NCBI RefSeq assembly: GCF_964355755.1
Contig: NC_092671.1
Coordinates: 37,582,304 to 37,646,303, forward strand
Reading direction: 5' to 3'
Length of the DNA stretch: 64,000 nt
DNA from: Antedon mediterranea
Lineage: Eukaryota; Animalia; Echinodermata
The notes below the pieces were generated by a model, which saw nothing but the letters and a program-made list of their open reading frames with translations, had not been told where the DNA came from and made no database searches. Positions 40,606 through 53,029 of the stretch are shown one piece after another (within the stretch, counting starts at the first letter, position 1; every line of letters starts with the position of its first letter). The position numbers were made by a program, and so were the translations under genes.

Positions 40606-41190
40606 CACCTGTTAAAAAGGTGTGTCCGCACTAGGTTAATCTGTTTATGATCACCTGTTATAAAGCTGTGTTCACACTAGGTTAGTCTGTTCATGATCAC
40701 CTGTTATAAAGCTGTGTTCGCACTAGGTTAATCTGTTTATGATCACCTGTTATAAAGCTGTGTTCGCACTAGTTTAATCTGTTTATGATCACCTGTTATA
40801 AAGCTGTGTTCGCACTAGGTTAATCTGTTTATGATCACCTGTTATAAAGCTGTGTTCGCACAAGGTTAATCTGTTTATGATCACCTGTTATAAAGCTGTG
40901 TTCGCACAAGGTTAATCTGTTTATGATCACCTGTTATAAAGCTGTATCCGCACTAGGTTAATCTGTTTATGATCACCTGTTATAAAGCAGTGTCCGCACT
41001 AGGTTAATCTGTTTATGATCACCTGTTATAAAGCTGTGTTCGCACTAGGTTAATCTGTTTATGATCACCTGTTATAAAGCTGTGTCCGCACTAGGATAAT
41101 CTGTTTATGATCACCTGTTATAAAGCTGTGTTCGCACTAGGTTAATCTGTTTATGATCACCTGTTATAAAGCTGTAGTCACACTAGGTTA
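40606..41190. repeat. 46-bp minisatellite, about 12.5 copies
   Basis: GCACTAGGTTAATCTGTTTATGATCACCTGTTATAAAGCTGTGTTC in tandem. Confidence 0.95.
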
Positions 41191-42093
41191 ATTTTTTAAT
41201 AATGTGAATTAAAAAAATCATGGAAATTCAGTGTTTATTCATTTCATACATCACTGAATTTTTAAAAACTTAAATTATTTTTTGAGTTCGAAGTTCATGT
41301 GAAGTACATTAAGCTGCTATACAAACAATGTTGTAGGTGGCTTCTACTGCTAGAAACTTAATTATTTGCGCATTAATTTGTATAATGAGAAGATGATCAC
41401 AAGTAGAATGTTGATAGGATTTTATGAGTTTAGTCAGAACTTTTACGATTTCATTTCTTTTTAATGACACGTCACGGTCTGTTCGTCTGCAATCATGTTT
41501 CTAGATTTATTTTCTTTTCGCATATTTAATATCAAGATACTCAGAGTGTGTATGTGTAGTTATAATAAACTGTCTTTACCAAAACCTGAATACTAAATGT
41601 TAATATGCCTTCCATGTTTGCTCGAGAAACAAAATGACTACGATAAAACTATTATAAAGATTTACTCTATAAGAACAATAAACTTTACCGAGAATAATAC
41701 AACATACGTAACGTCACCATGTGTACATAGCAACTACTGGAGCTACTTAATTCTTGGCAATTAATCAGTAATGCTTTGTATGCTTTTAGAATGATGAAAT
41801 ATTAGATTCTAAAAATACATGAATCGCTTGCGTTCTTCACACAGTTATTAGTTGCTTCATGTAATATCTGATAATTGTAATGATTATTATGCAAGAAGCA
41901 TTGAGGACAAACATCTATGTTAACCTATAGTGAACTTCAATATTTCGTAGATTATGGAAAGTGAAATTGAAAATGTGTAAATGATATAGATGAGAGAAAG
42001 TTAAGAAATTAAGATATTCTTTTTTCTTGTCATACAGATGACCTACTACTGTATAACTAGAAAAAATAAAGCAAAAATATTTATTAGAGTGTA

Positions 42094-42364
42094 CTGTAAA
42101 ACCAGAAACTTTTGTGACATGAAACTTTCGTTAATTAGTTATATCGGCCATTTTTGCGAGATAAAACTTTGAGAATTTGAAAAATAATAATACTGTAACA
42201 ATATGGTGTATGAGCGACCTTTGTGTTAAAAAGAGGATAATACATACGCTATTGTATACAGTAGTAGGCCAACTCTACTTTTGAAAATATTCACGTCATG
42301 AAACGTTCGTGAATTTCAATCACTCGCGAAAGTTTAATGTACAAGAAAGTTTCTGGTTTTACAG
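42094..42364. mobile_element. MITE, probable TA target
   Basis: TIR CTGTAAAACCAGAAACTTT / AAAGTTTCTGGTTTTACAG; TA on the left; internal TCGCGA-like and GAAACTTT motifs. Confidence 0.8.
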
Positions 42365-44473
42365 TTATCAGGTCATAGGATGGGATACATCAACTTTTTG
42401 CGCTCGTATTGTAACTTATGTGCATGTTGTTTTTCGACATATTCTTTCAAATTAAATGTCAGTAAATAATGTCTTTTATCACAATGATCACCTATAATTT
42501 ATTGATTATTGTTGTTATTACTAAAAGTAGCTTTGTGTCAGGTAGAAGTAAAGTCAAATGTTTTGCGCTCTCGGGCGTAATTGTAACCAGCTAAGAATTA
42601 CTTATGAATTTATTCGTAAAGATTTTTCAATTTACTGTGAATTCAGTTCAATTATGTCAGAGCATGGACCTCCGTGGTCAGAGCAAGGCAAATTTGAGTT
42701 ATTAAATAGAATTATGATATAATATAATTATGATATAAAGTAATATGAGATATTACAAGCATAAAACTGCATCATTGTACAAGATGTTGTTCATATTCTG
42801 ACACATGAGGGAATTATATCTATCAAGATTATGATTTTTACATGAATATTTTATAGCAGTTTTGATAGAATTGATGTGAAAACAGGTGAAAAAGTCTTCT
42901 TTTTGGGTGTATAAATACACGGCCTACTTTCTTATCTTTCTTATTAATGATGACTTGAAACGTTTTATGGAAATTCAATATTTTTGCTTAAACCAGGGAA
43001 GAGTGAAATTACAAATTTCACTCTATCCTGCCTTAGCATTGCGACTGTAGTTAAAATCCAACATATTGAAACATGTTATTGTATTAACTCACATGTTGTA
43101 GGCCCAGTGTTATTTGATATTGATGGTAATAGAGTATTTGCTATTATTCTTCATACGCTATATTTTGCTCCCGGCCGAATATTGTGCTCTAGTTTTTCCA
43201 CATTTTCTCCCGGATTACAAAGAAATATGTGTGGTGTTCTGCATTAAAATATAACAAAAAGGCTTACAAACAAGCAAATGTACGATATTTAAGCCATTGT
43301 ACGACCATCTGCGGTCAAAATTGTTCTCAAAACAAAAGAGTTTCCCCTCACATAGCCGCGTGTGACATCACACTCTGCATGCCTTACCTCTCGATAATAG
43401 ACCACCTCCCGTTTTTTTTTAAACTTCAAAAGTTGGCAAGTATTTTCTAGATTAATCAAGTTCAGTTCTTATAATGCTGTTATAGGTCATCATTTATAAT
43501 TCGCTGGTGAATTCTGTCAGAATTTATTCAATGTCTATCATTTCCCAACATGCATGCTTTAAATTTTTATCGCATTTCTTAATTCCATTCAGTAAAAGCC
43601 TCGCTTTAAATTAAATGGATGTAATCATATACGTCACTTTATATGTCGTCCTTTGACAATTATTATGTTATTACTTAAATGGGATATATAATACCTTCAT
43701 TGCCATTTTATTAATTACTTCATCTCAAATAAGTTATTCATATCGACGTGTTTCGTATCGATTGACCTGAAAAAAAGTAGAAATCGTAATACTTCATTCA
43801 ATACGTTAATTGAGAAAAAATTTGAAACCTGTCTCCACCACCACTGATTGTGAGGGCGTTTGGCGCTTTGGTCTGTTTTATTAAGTTCAAAGGTTCGAAT
43901 TATGCTAGACATTATTTTTATGATTATTATTTTATTTATTATATGTTTCAAATTTAATTAAAATTTCTAGTTAAAGACATTTTATTTCTATTTACTTTGT
44001 TTTGACATTATGGTCAACACTTAATCAGATCCACTCTATTAGAGGGACACTTGGATTGGTCCTGAAGGTGTCCCTTATTTGATATATTTAAAGATGTATT
44101 GTCCCCCAAAAACATTAAAAATCAAGATTAATAAAATCAGACTTTGAATAGGCCATTTTGAAGTTTTAACCAATTTAATCACTTCAGTAGAAAAAAAAAC
44201 CTGAAAAAATAATGTTTTCAGTTATAAAATGACAAATAAAAGGTTATTTTCAACCAAAAACCAATTGGCTGGCAGTCAATTTGACTATTTTTTGCTTTAA
44301 ATTTACAGTTTTGTTAACAATTATTTTTTCGGGGGGACAACAATACATCTTTATTTATAGAAATTTGTTTTATTTTTTAAAAGCATACAATATAATCCCC
44401 TCTTTATTTTGATACTATGGCCAACAACTAATCAGACCTATTCTATTAAAAGAGAACACTTGAATTGGTTCTG

Positions 44474-44932
44474 TCCAGAATCTCACTATCAATCCTAGAC
44501 ATACTGAAGACCTCACTTTTAATCATCTTTTTTCTCGAACACTGGCCCTTCGTAATTCTCCTATAAACCGCTTCCCTAAACTTTGGTCTCAGTTACCTTC
44601 CTCATTACGCCAATTAGCTGGTACTGAATCTTTTCCTCATCTTTTATCATCTATTGACTCTTTCCTTCTTGATAATTATCTTTAATTCTTTTTTTTTTGT
44701 ATATTTTATTCAAATTTGTTTGTATATCATATTTGTTCTTTTTTTTCTGTATACTCACAGCTTTATACTTTATTTGTTCATAAAATTATATAATTATTTT
44801 AGTTAAGATCATGGGACTAATGACTCTTGTAGTTACAGTAATTGCATTACTTTAGCAGTCCCTGACCAATTCATCTTTGTACATTGTATATTATGTTTTG
44901 TTGGTCAAATAAATAAATGAAATGAAATGAAA
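44474..44932 (+). mobile_element. 5'-truncated LINE (CR1/L2-group-like): ORF2 C-terminus, 3' UTR and tail
   Basis: RHTEDLTFNHLFSRTLALRNSPINRFPKLWSQLPSSLRQ...DNYL* (stop 44683-44685); GGGACT...AGTCCC stem; tail AATAAATAAA(TGAAA)3. Confidence 0.75.
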
Positions 44933-45495
44933 GGTGTCCCCTTATTTGATAATATTTAATGTATTATACTGTAAGCATGAAACCATTTTTTTTTATTGCT
45001 GTATTTGGTGACATGTTTTAATGTTTGCATTATATATATATTTATGTAAAATTCATTGTTCAGAACATGTTTAAAAGGTCACATAACACATAAAGATATA
45101 ATTAGATGTATTACATTATAATATTGGTAGCTATAGCGTCTTCTGACCCCAAGTGATATTTAATCAAATAAATAATTTCATTAAGTTGCGACACGAGTCA
45201 ATTCTAAGTATTGTAAGAATTTAATTTGCTATCTTATATATAATCAATGTTTATATTATATTATTTTTATATCTCATTTCTTAATTAATTTTCAGTATAT
45301 CTCCAGCCGGTTTATGATTTGTTCTATGCCTGTGGTGTTGATTTATATATATATATATATATATTAGATGAGGGCGTATCAATTTGATCTCTGGTGCGCG
45401 TGCGTACAACTGAGGACTAGTTGTGTTCCAACCGTACCACGTCGAGAATGTTAAAGGGTCGTTATCCGATCGAGTTAAAGAACAATACCATGAAA

Positions 45496-45567
45496 GCCCC
45501 AGTGGTCTAATGGTTAGGGGAACTGCATATCAAGCAGACGGTCCGAGTTCGAGTCTCGGTTGGGGCG
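45496..45567 (+). tRNA. 72-nt tRNA-like sequence (Glu/Asp-like, anticodon ATC), probably repeat-borne pseudo-tRNA
   Basis: Acceptor GCCCCAG/TTGGGGC, T arm CCGAG-TTCGAGT-CTCGG, anticodon stem CTGC/GCAG with loop ATATCAA, TTTTT at 45570-45574. Confidence 0.65.
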
Positions 45568-45760
45568 ACTTTTTCTCATTCTCCCAGATTTCCTCATCTT
45601 TATCGTTTCAAAAATTAATTAAATAATTTTCAGTGTATCACCGGGCGGTTTGGAATTTATTTCTATGCCTGTTGTGTTTATATATATATATTTGAATTAA
45701 TATTTTGAATTAATGTTCATTGCCTAATGTGTTTATATATATATATATATATATTTTATA

Positions 45761-45803
45761 TTAGCACTGATGAAGGGCTAGTGTTGCCCGAAAGCTCTGC
45801 TAA
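45761..45803 (+). ncRNA. Minimal type I hammerhead ribozyme in a Penelope-like repeat (45761-45930)
   Basis: Stem I TTAGCA/TGCTAA, core CTGATGA, stem II GGGC/GCCC, GAAA, palindromic AGCT stem III, predicted cleavage after C45797. Confidence 0.75.
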
Positions 45804-45990
45804 CTTTTCTGGCTGTTTACTTTATCGTTTTGATTTAGCTTTTCGCTTTTTATTTTTGTATCTCCATTAAGATCCAGCCACTGATACCCACAGCATTGTC
45901 ATTTTTTTCAGTAATTTGCCTTTGGATTTATATATATATACCGGTATATCTATATTTATAATAAAAATCAAGATTAATAAAATCAGACAA

Positions 45991-46151
45991 TGATGAATGG
46001 CTAGTGTTGCCCGAACGCTCTGCTAACTTTTCTGGCTGTTTACTTTATCGTTTTGATTTAGCTTTTCGCTTTTTTTTTGTATCTCCATTGAGATCCAGCC
46101 ACTGATACCCACAGCATTGTTATTTTTTTCAGTAATTTGCCTTTGGATTTA
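45991..46151 (+). mobile_element. Penelope-like repeat copy with mutated hammerhead core
   Basis: ATGATGAATGGC...GCCCGAACGCTC; remainder nearly identical to 45800-45930. Confidence 0.8.
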
Positions 46152-46739
46152 TATTTATATATGCATCTCATATTTGGTAGCTATTTTTAGTATGTACTTA
46201 CCTCCGGTTAGCACATTGTATTATGCTTTTACAAATATTGAGTAGGGAGCCCTCATTTGTTTAAATCTATATTATATCTACATATATTAGTCGGTGTTTT
46301 GTTGCACTGTATTGGTAATTCATTCGTAAAAATAAACAAATTCCAATCTCTATAAATACCGTATTAAACCACGTTGTCATAACAACAATAAACAAATGTA
46401 ATGCAATTAAAACTGATTTTATTATTATTTTCCTTTTTTTAAAAATATGTAGTAGTACTTATTTTTCTGCTAAAAATAATGAATAGAGAGCCGTCTATCA
46501 TTCACTGTTAAAATGGTTTTTATACATCTAATGATTTGATAATAGATGTGGCGATGGTTTATGTTATAACAATTTATATTCTATACAATTGAAGGCATAT
46601 CATCAATTTAGTCTTTTATTATAAAAATAAATAGATTATTGTAGTGTACCTTCCAATCCCAAGATCTGGGGTTCAATCCTAACCTTAGTACCAGAGTTAT
46701 ATTTTTTTTTATTTATTTATTTTTTTTTAACCATATTTA

Positions 46740-46945
46740 ATGAGGGTGATCCATCCAGCTATTGCTGATCATTAGACAAACATATACACAAGATGCTCTA
46801 CTTAAACAAAGTCTTATTACAAGTCTTTGGGAGTGGAGTAATTTGGTCCTTAGAAAAAATCCTGACATGTGACGGGACTTGAACCCACGACCCTTGAAGT
46901 GGTAGCCAAGCATCATAACCACCAAGCCACAACTCCACTCCCTAA
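46740..46945 (-). mobile_element. tRNA-derived SINE, second family
   Basis: Minus strand TGGCTTGGTGG...GGTTCAAGTCCC; homologous to 35155-35320. Confidence 0.78.
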
Positions 46946-47799
46946 GCCTCAAATGAGACTTAGTTTATAAGCACGATAAATTATAAAATAGTTTATCTAT
47001 TCTGTAATTGGCGAGTTACTCGCTGTTAGATGAGTATGAAATAAAAAAAAATTTAAAAAGTAAAAAAGAGCAAAACAAAAGACAATAAAATAAATTGGAT
47101 AAATAATTTGGCCAATGAACATTGTGTACAGTACTATATTTTGATGGACTGTAATAAAGTACATAACACCAATTAGTCTATATATTCATTTATGTGCAAT
47201 TGCCTCTTGAGTTACTATCACACATTTGATAGCATATTAAATCCTATTCATTCACTTTATTTCCCTAGGTATAGGCATATGATATTAGTATAATAGTACA
47301 CATAAGTGATTATTAACTGTTTGTTGTTGAGGCTATTTTATACATTTTAATTGTATTCAAACCAACAGCTTTAATATATATATAGGTTAATCATAATAAA
47401 AAAGAAAAAAAATTCTCTCATTTACATAATATTGAAAAATTGGCTAATGCAATGATTAATAAACATTGAAGACGGTCAAATGTTTAAAAAAAAATATCAT
47501 TGTGCACAGCCCCAGGGAAGAACAACCATGTGTTGATCTGGGCCTACATGTTTTATTTTTCCTTCTCTTTTGTGGCATCACTTTTACCAATTTTATACAC
47601 ATCAATATGAGACAGGCCTCTGTAGTTAAATAAAGTTTAATTAAATTGAATTGAAAATTTTAAAAACAATTCATACAAAATGATGCTGTCCCATACCCAG
47701 ACAAAGAGACCAAAGGCTTAACATGCCGACCGAAGCATGAGGAAATGAAAATAGAGCATCTTTCCCAAGAACACACCAAACAGACTTACTGTGTCTTTC

Positions 47800-48041
47800 A
47801 CTGTCTACACTATCAAACTAGTTTGATAACAAACGTGTGATGTGCCCAAATATGGTAGTGATATGCCTAAATATGGTAGTGATATGCCCAAATATGGTAG
47901 TGATATGCCTAAATATGGTAGTGATATGCCCAAATATGGTAGTGATATGCCTAAATATGGTAGTGATATGCCCAAATATGGTAGTGATATGACATCACAT
48001 TTTTTGTCACTTGAAGTTTGATAGTTTTGATAGACAGAGCT
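47800..48041. mobile_element. AGCTCT-type MITE with about 7 internal 20-bp units
   Basis: GCCCAAATATGGTAGTGATAT alternating with GCCTAAATATGGTAGTGATAT. Confidence 0.9.
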
Positions 48042-48991
48042 TTACACAATAAAGTCATTCAAGATTCGTCCATTTTGCCTTTTCAAAATTGAGAATTAAT
48101 ATATAAGTAAATAATTATTTGATCTGTACACTCCACTATTTGCATATTGGAAAAATATCGTGACAAAGCAACTGACTTGACATAAATGTCACCAAATAGA
48201 AGCTTGACTCATTTAGTTTTTTTCTCATTCCGCCTTTTGCATTCTCGCATAGTTAGGATAACGAGTTTCTGAAATGAATACATTTTATTACTAATTACAT
48301 AACCAGCTAGTTATTGTCGATAATCATCAAAAACTGTGTGAAAAATTATTTGTATTATGTATTTATGCATTTCCTGTAAATCGAAAACAAATTTATCCAA
48401 ATAATTGCTCGGTTAAAGTAACATTTTTGCCGTAGGATGCCAACATGTTTATAGCGTGCACTGTAAAATCATCAATCAGATAGATTATGAAAATTATGTT
48501 GATATAATTACTAATAGTACACAAACGTATTAGGATAGAGTTAATATGACATGCCCAAACCATTATTTCATTGTCCAATTAAGTATTAATTTGTCTCCAA
48601 GCAATTTACATCATTTCTAGCCTAGCAACGAGTAATATTGCGTTGGAAGATTATCACACATTTTGTAAAGCACATTCCCTTTAACGTCGAGCTTTAAAGG
48701 TTCCATCATTAATGTTGGACATTACATTTGATTTTATTAAAATTGTTACCTTGTAATAAGCTATAACTATAGCAATATGCTGTAATATGTATAGCTTATT
48801 GACTGGTAAGGTAACGCATGTTGGTAACCCTTTTGTTTGTTCACGTTTGGATCAGTCAAGTAGTCGTTCGCCAAGACGTTGACATTGTCATATTGTCAAG
48901 TGTTGAACAACATAGTTTTCTGGAACCTTGGTGTTATCAGGCTGTTTTTTCCAATTTTGAATCTGCATAATTTAAGAGTATTTTTGTAAAG

Positions 48992-49048
48992 ATGACGATA
49001 CCGATGGCTGGGCGTTTGCAGGAGGAGGAGGAACAATATAGTGGTGAT
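48992..49048 (+). CDS. Candidate alternative first coding exon, acidic (MTIPMAGRLQEEEEQYSGD)
   Basis: AAGATGA context, 19 codons to GAT|GTACGT in phase 0; unique leader at 48800-48990. Confidence 0.55.
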
Positions 49049-51969
49049 GTACGTATTTTAGGCTTTTCGTTTAATTTTGCTGTTTACAATTGTTATTTAG
49101 ATACTCTCAGCATTATTACATAGTTGTAATCAATACATAACATAATAGAAACATGATCATGTCATCAACTTCACGATCAACTCATCATTTTTATCATCAT
49201 GATGACATCATCATGTGTCATGTCATATCTTATCATTATATTCACTATCATATTATAAACATTGTTATTAACATCATCATCTAGATCATTATTGTAATTT
49301 TTACCATGATGTCCATGTCATTATCATTTTCATAATTTTATAATATTTTTATTGTCATTTTGATGGCATTATTATTGTAAACACATTATCATTAAAATCC
49401 CAATCACATCAATGGAGTAACGTGGTAAAGGATTGAACTATCTCAACAATTATTATTAGGTATATGTTATAACCATATCAAATAATTTATGTCAAAAATT
49501 GTTATATGAAATTAATTACAGAGTATATTGATTCTAGGAATATTAAACTGTATTGTGGTAAATGATACTAGATGCGTAAACAGTTAGATTAGCGAATATA
49601 ATTGATTATGATTTCTATAGCAACAAGGAACAGAAGAGGCCAAAATTTTAAATGTTAATGTTCGCAGTCTTTTTATTAGGTTGTTAAAATTGTTTTTCTT
49701 TCACTTTCTTGAATACCTTTTTACACGAGGAGGATGTAGCTACAAACGTTGCTTAAGCTCTGGCTGCACTATCAAACAAGTTTGACAACAAAAAGTGTGA
49801 TCTGCCAAAATATGGTAGTAAAATTATCAAATTCTCAAATTCAATGAAAGTAGAACATCTTTCCTAAAGCTCTGTCTACACTATCAAACTTTATGTGACA
49901 AAAAAATGTGATGTGCCCATATATGGACATGATTATGTCATATCACTACCATGGGCACATCACAGTTTTTTGTCAAACTAGTTTGATAGTGTAGACAAAG
50001 CTTTAGAAAATAAATTTGACAAAAAAAAGTGTGATGTGCCCAAATATGATAGTGATATTCTCAAATATGGTAGTGATATGACATTATCATGTCCATATAT
50101 GGGCACATCAAATTTTTGTTGTCACATAAAGTTTGACAGTGTGGACAGAGCTTTAAATGCAAAAAGTTAGGAGTGTATGATGACATGGTCTTGTAATGTT
50201 ACAGAGTTTTTAGAGCTAGTTGGTATGGAGGGTGCAATTTCTTACTTACTAAGTTACTTGTAAGCATAGCTATCCCCATTATTGGGGACATTTCTCCGAC
50301 ATTGACATTATGTTGACATAGCACAACAATGAGAGACATTAATTTTGATGAGAAGGTCATGGAACACTAATTAATTAAAAAACTAAAAATCTGAGACCTG
50401 TAACCCTAGGTAGGGACCATGACGGGTACTCTCCCTTCTGGTCAAAAGGATCCCAAGACTCATCGGTGGGCAGGGGCGCTCATCTTACTGTTCAGGACTA
50501 TTCCTGATGATTACCCAACCTATTTACATTTAAAAAGGTCTTAATGGCCCTGCTAACATTAAAGCTCTGTCTACACTATCAAACTTGTTTGATAAAAAGT
50601 GTGATATGCCTAAATATGGTAGTGATGTGAAACCATCATGTCCATATATGGACACATGACATTTTTTTGTCACATAAAGTTTGATAATGTGGACAAGACT
50701 TTACATTGATATAGATCCATTTCAATAACCAAGTTCAATTAAAATGTTGATAACATCGTCTCATCATGTGAGTATTTGCATAAATGGCCTTAACCATTAT
50801 TTGTCCTATTATATAAATTCCTTGTACAGTACTATGATTTTAAAAACTAATTAATAAATAAAAAATCAATGAGAAATATATTTAAATCTGATTGGCTGTC
50901 GGTCATTGGCCATTTGCTGATTAGGTTTTTTTGTGTGTGTGTCTTAATCGACGATATATAGAACATCTTACATCCTTGTGCTATAAATAGATAATACTTT
51001 ACATATACTATCATTGTTAAATGTACAAATCGTCGTTTTAAGTCTCAAATTGCTTTCTTGGGATCTTATTACATCCATCAAATCCAATTGTATATCTACT
51101 AATTGTAGTTTTATTTAAATTATTTAAACTTTATTTTCTTTTGTAATTTCATTCTGATAAAACAGTATTACATAACATATAAATAAGTGATTTTAACCGA
51201 TGAAAGGCAGCATGCAATTAAGATCCAACCCAAGAGAGTTTAATTTTAATGGTTATTTTGCGCGTTTAAATTGGTATCTAGCATCAAATTACCCTTGACG
51301 ACGGACTGTTACGGTAGTGTATTATATTGTTAACTGCATATGTACAGTTTGTGTACAATTTCGATAAGCTAAAACCCCTGCTTACTTGCTCATGCATGTT
51401 GCATCAACACTAACATTCTAACATATCTCTACTGACACGTGACAGATTCCAAGTTAACTTACTTTTCCATCAACAAATTCCAACAAGATTGCTATTAGGT
51501 TTACGGTGACTAACGATTCCGAATTTTATTGTCAACTCAATGTTTTGATGTGTGTTTATATAAGAAGCTGGTGTGTAATTGATTCTTTAATTTTACAAGT
51601 GATGCAAGGTATTAAATTGTTGGGATCATAGCGATGTTAACATCCCCACGGAATTGAAGACAACAGAGACCCTTCATTAAGCAAATTAATATTGTCACTG
51701 AATTTTAATGAGATTGATTGAACCTCATACCTAGTACATCGTATATTACCTATTCAAGAAGGTACCATACACTGGCCAGGCTTTAAAACTAGTAGCGCAG
51801 TGCCTAAAAATCGAGCTACGATTCAACTACCTCACCACACACGTTGGAAATTATCTTTGCTTGGATTTCTACTTTGCCTCGGTGGACTTTATTAAGTGTA
51901 GGGATTTTTAAGGCAAATTATTGCAATCTTAGTATTATTTTGGTGAAATAAAGTGATATCGCATGCAAT

Positions 51970-52026
51970 ATGTTAGTGATTACTCAAAAGAAAGAAGAAG
52001 AGGCACAGAAACAACGAAAGAAGCAG
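51970..52026 (+). CDS. Candidate alternative first coding exon, charged/basic (MLVITQKKEEEAQKQRKKQ)
   Basis: 19 codons to CAG|GTAAGG in phase 0; in-frame stop upstream at 51949; an ATG at 51963 would instead give a phase 1 exon. Confidence 0.5.
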
Positions 52027-53029
52027 GTAAGGATAATTATTGTGTGCTCTAAGTTCGTTGTTTTAATGTCGTTGAAGTAATTTAGAGGCCTTTGTTGATT
52101 ATATTTATATGGAAGAGGTATGACCGTTATGCTGGTGGTGTAGCAACAGGTCAACAGGGCAAAGTTTTGCCTAAAAATGAGATGGTATTTGGCATTTATA
52201 CAAATAGGGACTTGGCGTTAACCAATATTTCTTATTACTATTATTATTATTATTACTCTTTATAAAATGGACACAGTTTTCCATCTGAGCTGTTACAATC
52301 AAACTGCTGTAACTTGGTGGTACACACTTCTATTTCACTCCCTAAAGCTCTGTCTACACTGTCAAACTAGTTTCACAAAAAAGTATGATAGTGCCTAAAT
52401 ATGGTAATGATGCTTAAAAATGGTAGTGATATGACATCATCATGTCCATGGCATTTTTACACACACTCAATAGATAGTTGATAGTGTAGACAGAGCTTTA
52501 GCCTCAAATACGAGTTAATTTAGCACGATATACCATCCTGGAATTGATGATTTGTGTATAGAATAAAAAATGTTTAAAAACACCTGAAGAAATATTCTAT
52601 ATATTCTTCAAATTTAAACCTAATATAGACTTGCTGCAGTAAAAAGGAAACATAGTCACAAACGATTAATTTTATAGATTTTGACATGATGCATAATAAT
52701 GTTCAGAATAATGTACTGAAATATAGAATATATCATTTTCATCCTGATTTAAATTGATAGAAAATTATAGCTTGCTGTGTAGTTTTATTTGGAAATCATA
52801 GTCATATTATAATTACAGTTTTCATGGCTGAAAATAATAAAGATATTGAATTAGAAGAACTCTTTAATTTATGTGTTTATATTAAAAGCAAGACTATGAA
52901 TAGACCTTATTAAATTAGTTAATCGGAATTATTTGAATTAATTAATTGTTATTTACTCTTTGCCATGGTTACAAAAGGTTAATTAGGAGCAATTGATTCT
53001 TTTATATTAGAAACTATAGATTCAATGTA

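Noticed and set aside
41597-41707. Phase-0 candidate MLICLPCLLEKQNDY... ending TAC|GTAACG
   Set aside because: Weak donor and start context
45496-45567. Functional tRNA-Asp gene
   Set aside because: ATC anticodon, weak D stem, 4-bp anticodon stem and repeat context argue against a decoding tRNA
51970-52026. Assigning the host gene as ankyrin from the basic exon end
   Set aside because: Only compositional resemblance; no conserved domain in the window
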